Shown: piece after piece, positions 59,029 through 64,000 of the stretch
Layout: each line of letters starts with the position of its first letter
Position numbering within the stretch: position 1 is the first letter of the stretch
From: Coleofasciculus sp. B1-GNL1-01
GTDB taxonomy: Bacteria > Cyanobacteriota > Cyanobacteriia > Cyanobacteriales > Coleofasciculaceae
Reading direction: 5' to 3' (one strand)
NCBI GenBank assembly: GCA_040220235.1
Contig: JAVJTO010000102.1
Length of the DNA stretch: 64,000 nt
Notes under the pieces: generated by a model
Databases searched by the model: none
What the model was told of the DNA's origin: nothing
Seen by the model: the letters and a program-made list of their open reading frames with translations, nothing else
Position numbers and translations under genes: made by a program

Positions 59029-62000
59029 TCATGAATTTGGCGCATCTGGTGATGGATTGGGTGGGTAAAGTGATAGCAGTTGCTTTAAGGCTTCTGGAAT
59101 GTTAATTGCTGTTTCTAATCCTTGCACGTTTTGCCATTGAGTATATTCATCCCAGGTAATACCGTCTAGATTAGCCTTGCTGAAGTTAGCCTTGCTGAAG
59201 TTAGCCTCGCTGAGGTTGGCGTCGCTGAGGTCGGCTAAGCTAAGGTTGGCACTGCTGAGGTCAGCGTTGCTGAGGTCGGCATTGGTCAGGTTTGCATAGC
59301 TAAGGTCGGCATTGCTGAGATCTGTGTAGCTAAGATCTCCATAGTGGAGATTGGCACAACTGAGGTTGGCTGTATTGAGGTTGGCTGTATTGAGGTTAAC
59401 CAAGCTGAAATTAGCGTTACTGAGATTAGCACTACCGAGGTCAGCTTCGCCGAGTTGAGCGTTGATGAGTTGAGCGTTGATGAGATTGGCGTTAGTGAGG
59501 TTTGCATCAAGCAGGCATGAGTCGTAAAGGTCTGCGTTAGTGAGATTACCCTCGATGAGGTCTGCATGGCAGAGATTAGCTTCACTGAGATTAGCCCCAA
59601 TGATGTTTGTGCCGCTGAGGTTAGCGAACTCAAGGTTGGCATCACTGAGGTCTGCGCCACTGAGGTCTGCGCCACTGAGGTCTGCCCTAACAAAGTTGAC
59701 ACCTCTAAGATTGACCTGCTTAAGATTGACGTTACTAAAAAATAAGTTAACCGTATTTTCAAAAGTGTTAAGCTTAACGCTATTGCTATAACTAATAATG
59801 CGAAGCAATCGAGTTGGCTCAAAACTATCACTATCTGTATTACCACAAGGATTAAAGTTAATCTTATCCTTTAGTTCATCTTTTCTCTGAGCGTAACGAT
59901 TCAATACTAACAGCAGAATCATTACATTTAGCCCAGCATAGATATCCACCTCTCGCAATCCCATCAAACTACCATGCTTTCGCAATTGCAGCATCTTTTT
60001 CTGAGGTAGATTACTCGTAGGTTCTGCATTAATAAAGTCCCCATTACACCAATCCAAGTAGAATTCTTCCAAACGCTGGAATAATTGCACAAATTCTTCG
60101 TTACTGACATCAAGCAACGCCATCACATACTCGACAATTTCCCAAGTCAGCCCCCCATAACCTAGTAAATCGTAAACTTCCTCGGCTAACTGATCCTGGC
60201 TAACCAGAAAACCGCTACGTCTGCGGCGCGGTTCAACCCACTCTTTCAAACTTTCAACTAACCGCTGAGCGCATAAAAACTCAGCAAAACTTTTATGAAC
60301 AAACTCCACCGCTCCTTCCGTGGCGTCAGCAGCAGAAGCGGGTCGTAAATAAAACGCTGCTAGCGCATTTCTCAACGGATTATCGCCAATGCGTTCTCGT
60401 GCTTTTTCTAACAATTTACTGGCTTGATCATCTCCCTTGAGACGTTCCTCAATCATGCGAATTGAAGTCCACTCTCCACCCGATTGAGTGACACATAACC
60501 CCGCTTCAGTGAGAATGCGCCGCAAGTCATCTGTCTCTTGTTCAGTAAGTTCCAAATTCAGGTCTTGAGAACGCTGCTGAGTCAGTACCCAATCTAAAGC
60601 TTTTTGATAAATCAACACTTTGGCACCAGCGCGGCTGGTTCCCTCAAACATTTCTAAGGATAGTTCCCCATCCCGATGCATCGCAGCTAAAAGGTAAAGT
60701 AATAGCGGTTCTCGCGCCAATTCTTTCACCCGTTCCGGGCAGTTTCCAGCCTGTAAAAAATCCCAAAATACGTTAGCTTTATCCTCACCCACTAAATTTG
60801 ACCACTTATCCAACCATTGCTGCTGGATTTGGTCATTCATGAGGGCAATTTCTACCCGTTCTAAATTGCGAGGTAGAAATTGTTCAATTCCATGTAAAGC
60901 TAATTCTCGACCCGTGACTAAAAACCGATGTCCCAGTTCTGAATTTTGCTGACAACTGGTTTGAAAATTCCCCACCTGTTTGAGAAACTTTTCAATCCCG
61001 CCTGTAGTTCTTCCCTCCATTCGCAATTCATCAAACCCATCCAGGACGAATAAAAATCGGGTATTGCGGTCAGTTAACCAGCCGTCATCGCTCTTAACAA
61101 AATCTGCCTTAACCGCAGCGCGGAGGGTATTTTCGATATTGTTTTCAAAGGCATCAATATCCCGGAGTCGAATCAGAATCGGTGTCCAGATGGGATGAAG
61201 ATGTTCTCGCACCCAATTGGCAAACATCCGACAAAAGACACTTTTTCCTCGTCCAGGTCCCGCTTGAATGAATAGGACTTTACCATTTTTATCCGGGTTC
61301 GTAAGCTGGTTTTTCGCCCACTGTTCTAAATTAACCGGGTCTGCTTTTTTATCAACTTTGCCATTTTTATCCACTAAATGGGCTTCCAGTGGCACATAGA
61401 TATCGGGAAGCGTGAAATTTTCACCCAATACTTTCCACTGGGTTTGTAATAGAGGATTACTGGTATGAGGAGATATCTGTTCCGTTAAATAGGATTCAAT
61501 ACTGCCATATTTCTGGCTGGCTTGGATTTCCCGCGCGGCGGTACGGGTTAATTGTAGGGGTTGGGTAATCGTCTCTGACTCGTAGGAAAGTAGCTGATCA
61601 ATTATCGGATAGATTCCCCAGGCTACCCATCCGGTTACAATAGGAATATTGTACTGATTTAATCCCGCTTGGTTTAAGTATTCTGATAATTGTTGATTTA
61701 AAGCCTGTCCTAACCGGGATTCAGGAAAATAGGTTAAAGCGTCTTCAATTAATTTCTGGTCAAGTTGAAGTTCTCCAAGCTGATCCAATTGTGATTTAGC
61801 CGCTTGATTCGATATCCCAGAACCGATTTTGTGCTGTAGCCAATCATTCTCACGCACCAATTTATCGAAACGTTCCAGATACGCTAAAGGAAACGCGATC
61901 GCAGCCCACTCTTCTAAGCGTGTCTTTCCCTTAACCTTACCACGATACAGGTTCACCCCTTTGCGAGTAAGCCCCACAAACGACAACCCCGCCGGGATCA

Positions 62001-62166
62001 CCGCCACAGGTGCGGCTGGCGTTCCCAATAAACCTAACGCGATCGCTAATTCTAACCCCGCCTTGGAAACCTCTGCGCCAGTCTCGGCAATTTCTCCCGG
62101 TTTCCCTAAATCCCGGATATCAGTATTGAGAAGCTGCCAAACCTGCTTAAATTTGTTCACCGTCAC
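59029..62166 (-). CDS. NACHT NTPase with C-terminal pentapeptide repeats
   Basis: IYVPL, Walker A AGPGRGKS, Walker B FVLDGFDEL, REPLLLYLLA, EFVHKSFAEFL; A(D/N)LS.A(D/N)L repeats. Confidence 0.92.
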   Translation of the reverse strand: MTVNKFKQVWQLLNTDIRDLGKPGEIAETGAEVSKAGLELAIALGLLGTPAAPVAVIPAGLSFVGLTRKGVNLYRGKVKGKTRLEEWAAIAFPLAYLERFDKLVRENDWLQHKIGSGISNQAAKSQLDQLGELQLDQKLIEDALTYFPESRLGQALNQQLSEYLNQAGLNQYNIPIVTGWVAWGIYPIIDQLLSYESETITQPLQLTRTAAREIQASQKYGSIESYLTEQISPHTSNPLLQTQWKVLGENFTLPDIYVPLEAHLVDKNGKVDKKADPVNLEQWAKNQLTNPDKNGKVLFIQAGPGRGKSVFCRMFANWVREHLHPIWTPILIRLRDIDAFENNIENTLRAAVKADFVKSDDGWLTDRNTRFLFVLDGFDELRMEGRTTGGIEKFLKQVGNFQTSCQQNSELGHRFLVTGRELALHGIEQFLPRNLERVEIALMNDQIQQQWLDKWSNLVGEDKANVFWDFLQAGNCPERVKELAREPLLLYLLAAMHRDGELSLEMFEGTSRAGAKVLIYQKALDWVLTQQRSQDLNLELTEQETDDLRRILTEAGLCVTQSGGEWTSIRMIEERLKGDDQASKLLEKARERIGDNPLRNALAAFYLRPASAADATEGAVEFVHKSFAEFLCAQRLVESLKEWVEPRRRRSGFLVSQDQLAEEVYDLLGYGGLTWEIVEYVMALLDVSNEEFVQLFQRLEEFYLDWCNGDFINAEPTSNLPQKKMLQLRKHGSLMGLREVDIYAGLNVMILLLVLNRYAQRKDELKDKINFNPCGNTDSDSFEPTRLLRIISYSNSVKLNTFENTVNLFFSNVNLKQVNLRGVNFVRADLSGADLSGADLSDANLEFANLSGTNIIGANLSEANLCHADLIEGNLTNADLYDSCLLDANLTNANLINAQLINAQLGEADLGSANLSNANFSLVNLNTANLNTANLSCANLHYGDLSYTDLSNADLSYANLTNADLSNADLSSANLSLADLSDANLSEANFSKANFSKANLDGITWDEYTQWQNVQGLETAINIPEALKQLLSLYPPNPSPDAPNS

Positions 62167-62370
62167 TCAGGCATTAGACTCTCCCTTACACGATACAGCA
62201 GTTTGCTCTGCTATGCGGTACATTGTCGATCCCCCTCGCATCCCCCTTAAAAAGGGGGACTTTGATCTACTGTACTTTATTACAGCGCAAAGAGCTGTAA
62301 CCTGAATTCACCCACGTTCGTAGTTAGGCTTGTAGCCAACTTGAACGCCAGGAAATAAATTTCTTATCGT

Positions 62371-62522
62371 TAAGCTGTAATGCATTTAAATTGGGTATTA
62401 GTAGCGAGCAAGATGCTCAATGTAGCGAGCAAGATGCAAAGCCTGCGGCATGGCTTCGCTAAACGCACTACGGCAAGGATCTCGCAATTATTGACATTAT
62501 GGTTTAAATGCCGAACAGCTTA
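62371..62522. mobile_element. Full MITE copy, inverted relative to the 18039 copy
   Basis: TAAGCTGTAATGCATTTAAA ... TTTAAATGCCGAACAGCTTA. Confidence 0.8.
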
Positions 62523-62620
62523 AGCTCAAGTAAGCTAAAGCTTACTAGGTAAATCTTACAACCCGTTTTAACGGGTTTAAGCTTTTAGCCGGAACTTTAG
62601 TTCCAGGCTTAATGGGCTAT

Positions 62621-63202
62621 CTATTCCTGGATTTCGCTAGTATAATGCAGCTTAATAAAACTATCAAAGGAATACCAAGCTAAAACATACCAAGGAATCG
62701 CTTCTATCATCAATCCCTTAACAATTAATTGTCTTATCGCTAAAACACTAAAACCCAAAGGAATCAAAAATCTTATATCAACGATCCCATCGGTTGCCCG
62801 TCTCACGCGACGGTTAAAATCAGTGACAGCATAAGTTACACTAGCCGCCGCATCAGATTGACCGTTAGCCGAACGTCTCGGTTGTTGTTCAGGAAGCTGG
62901 CTCAACGTCACCCCTAAATCCTGCAAAATCGCCCAAACTCCCTCGAAATTAATGTAATCTTGGGCGTAAAAAATAGTAATACTACCACTGTGGATATTAC
63001 CTCGTACCCGATAAATCTCTAGACGTTCATTTAACAAGTTGATCAGCGGTTCAATATCCTCAGATTGGCGATACTCCGGAGCCACCCGCAATCGCACTCG
63101 CCCTGGTGTTTGACTGATCAGTTCAGCATAAATAGGTGAAACACCTATTTCGGGCGTCGTTTCCTTTAGTTTTGGCATTTTAGAATTATTAGTTATGATC
63201 AT
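62621..63202 (-). CDS. HMA2-domain (heavy-metal-associated-like) protein with C-terminal TM
   Basis: ISQTPGRVRLRV, VRGNIHSGSITIFY, DIRFLIPL, IPWYVLAWYSFDSF. Confidence 0.8.
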   Translation of the reverse strand: MIITNNSKMPKLKETTPEIGVSPIYAELISQTPGRVRLRVAPEYRQSEDIEPLINLLNERLEIYRVRGNIHSGSITIFYAQDYINFEGVWAILQDLGVTLSQLPEQQPRRSANGQSDAAASVTYAVTDFNRRVRRATDGIVDIRFLIPLGFSVLAIRQLIVKGLMIEAIPWYVLAWYSFDSFIKLHYTSEIQE

Positions 63203-63238
63203 AATTAATTCTCAATTATGAATTGTGCCTCATGAATT

Positions 63239-63266
63239 GTAGAGACGTGCCATGGCACGTCTCTAC
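63239..63266. repeat. GTAGAGACGTGCCATGGCACGTCTCTAC perfect palindrome (REP-like)
   Basis: Perfect 28-bp palindrome; degenerate copies near 55621 and 40995. Confidence 0.85.
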
Positions 63267-63280
63267 ACAGTTAATGAAAA

Positions 63281-63568
63281 TTAACCTTCACTATTCGGCG
63301 CGGGTTCCAATTCGGCTTGGCTTTTTTGTTCAGCCAATTCTGCCTTCGCTTCTGCCACGATGTCTTCAAAAACTTCACCAGATTCTGAGAGCATTCCTTT
63401 ACCTTTTTCGTAAAAGACAATTCCACCTTTGACCATCGCCTTGGCAACAGGTTTCCCCACCTTGACAGCAGCCGGAATCAGCAACGGCGCAGCAACAACG
63501 GCACCAATACCCGCCACAACACCGGGAACCCCCAGATCTTCAAACAGATCAGTTATTTTAAACGCCAT
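63281..63568 (-). CDS. DUF5132 family small membrane-associated protein
   Basis: GVVAGIGAVVAAPLLIP...KPVAKAMVKGGIVFYEK...E..EDIVAEAKAEL. Confidence 0.85.
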   Translation of the reverse strand: MAFKITDLFEDLGVPGVVAGIGAVVAAPLLIPAAVKVGKPVAKAMVKGGIVFYEKGKGMLSESGEVFEDIVAEAKAELAEQKSQAELEPAPNSEG

Positions 63569-63655
63569 AATGTACCTCCTTCATTCAAAAAACTTTTCCG
63601 GAACTGTTATTCTAGCAACCTACCTAGGAAAATGCATGATCCTAGGGATACAGGG

Positions 63656-63952
63656 TTAGTTCGTTTCCGGATGATTAGACACTTTGACAATGCTATTCTC
63701 GTCTAATTCAGTCGCCAGTTCTGCCTTACTCTGGGCGACTAAATCGCCAAAGGCTTCGCCAGCTTCTGCCATGACAATTTTGCTCTTTTCATAGAACACA
63801 ATGCCACCTTTAATCGCAGCTTTGGCAACAGGTTTGCCTGCTTTCGCCAGCGCCGGACCAAAAATCGGTGCCAGAACAACCGCACCAACACCGATAAGAA
63901 CACCGGGAATACCAATGTCTTCGACTAAATCTTCGAGATCAAATAAACTCAT
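63656..63952 (-). CDS. DUF5132 family small protein (tandem paralog)
   Basis: GVLIGVGAVVLAP...KPVAKAAIKGGIVFYEK...DLVAQSKAEL. Confidence 0.85.
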   Translation of the reverse strand: MSLFDLEDLVEDIGIPGVLIGVGAVVLAPIFGPALAKAGKPVAKAAIKGGIVFYEKSKIVMAEAGEAFGDLVAQSKAELATELDENSIVKVSNHPETN

Positions 63953-64000
63953 AAAACACCTCCAAACGTAGATTGAAAACTTTTAGGTTGAGATAACAGG

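Overview
Cyanobacterial chromosomal window. Evidence: dense HIP1 GCGATCGC sites, STRR heptamer arrays, GTAG-type palindromic repeats and a PEP-CTERM gene; probably a filamentous Oscillatoriales-type genome (inference). Layout: (1) 0-1.9 kb: decayed Uma2 and UPF0175/PIN toxin-antitoxin remnants. (2) 1.9-14.8 kb: a Wzx/Wzy-dependent surface polysaccharide cluster with three methyltransferases, mostly HIP1-free and AT-rich. (3) 14.9-19.7 kb: a Phd/ParD-ParE TA pair, an hdrB-like gene, and an Rre3/Hik10-like two-component pair split by a dead tnpB element that carries a MITE. (4) 19.8-44 kb, the most notable part: a + strand region where RiPP-type modification genes are interleaved with large signalling genes. 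The RiPP genes are a LigA/borosin-like 67-aa precursor with a B12 radical SAM methyltransferase, and a fused YcaO cyclodehydratase with a 186-aa NHLP-like protein ending PYIPLTSC plus an amidohydrolase. The signalling genes are a beta-propeller sensor kinase-adenylate cyclase, a Ser/Thr kinase-AAA-GAF-His kinase, REC, REC-SpoIIE and REC-PAS-HK-REC-adenylate cyclase. No dedicated protease, dehydrogenase or exporter lies in this region. (5) 45.5-62 kb: NLR-like genes (P-loop NTPase + TPR/STAND/WD40 pair; NACHT-pentapeptide) among housekeeping-type genes. (6) 62.6-64 kb: HMA2 and two DUF5132 genes resembling ferrosome accessory genes. All family assignments come from motif recognition by eye; no database searches were run.
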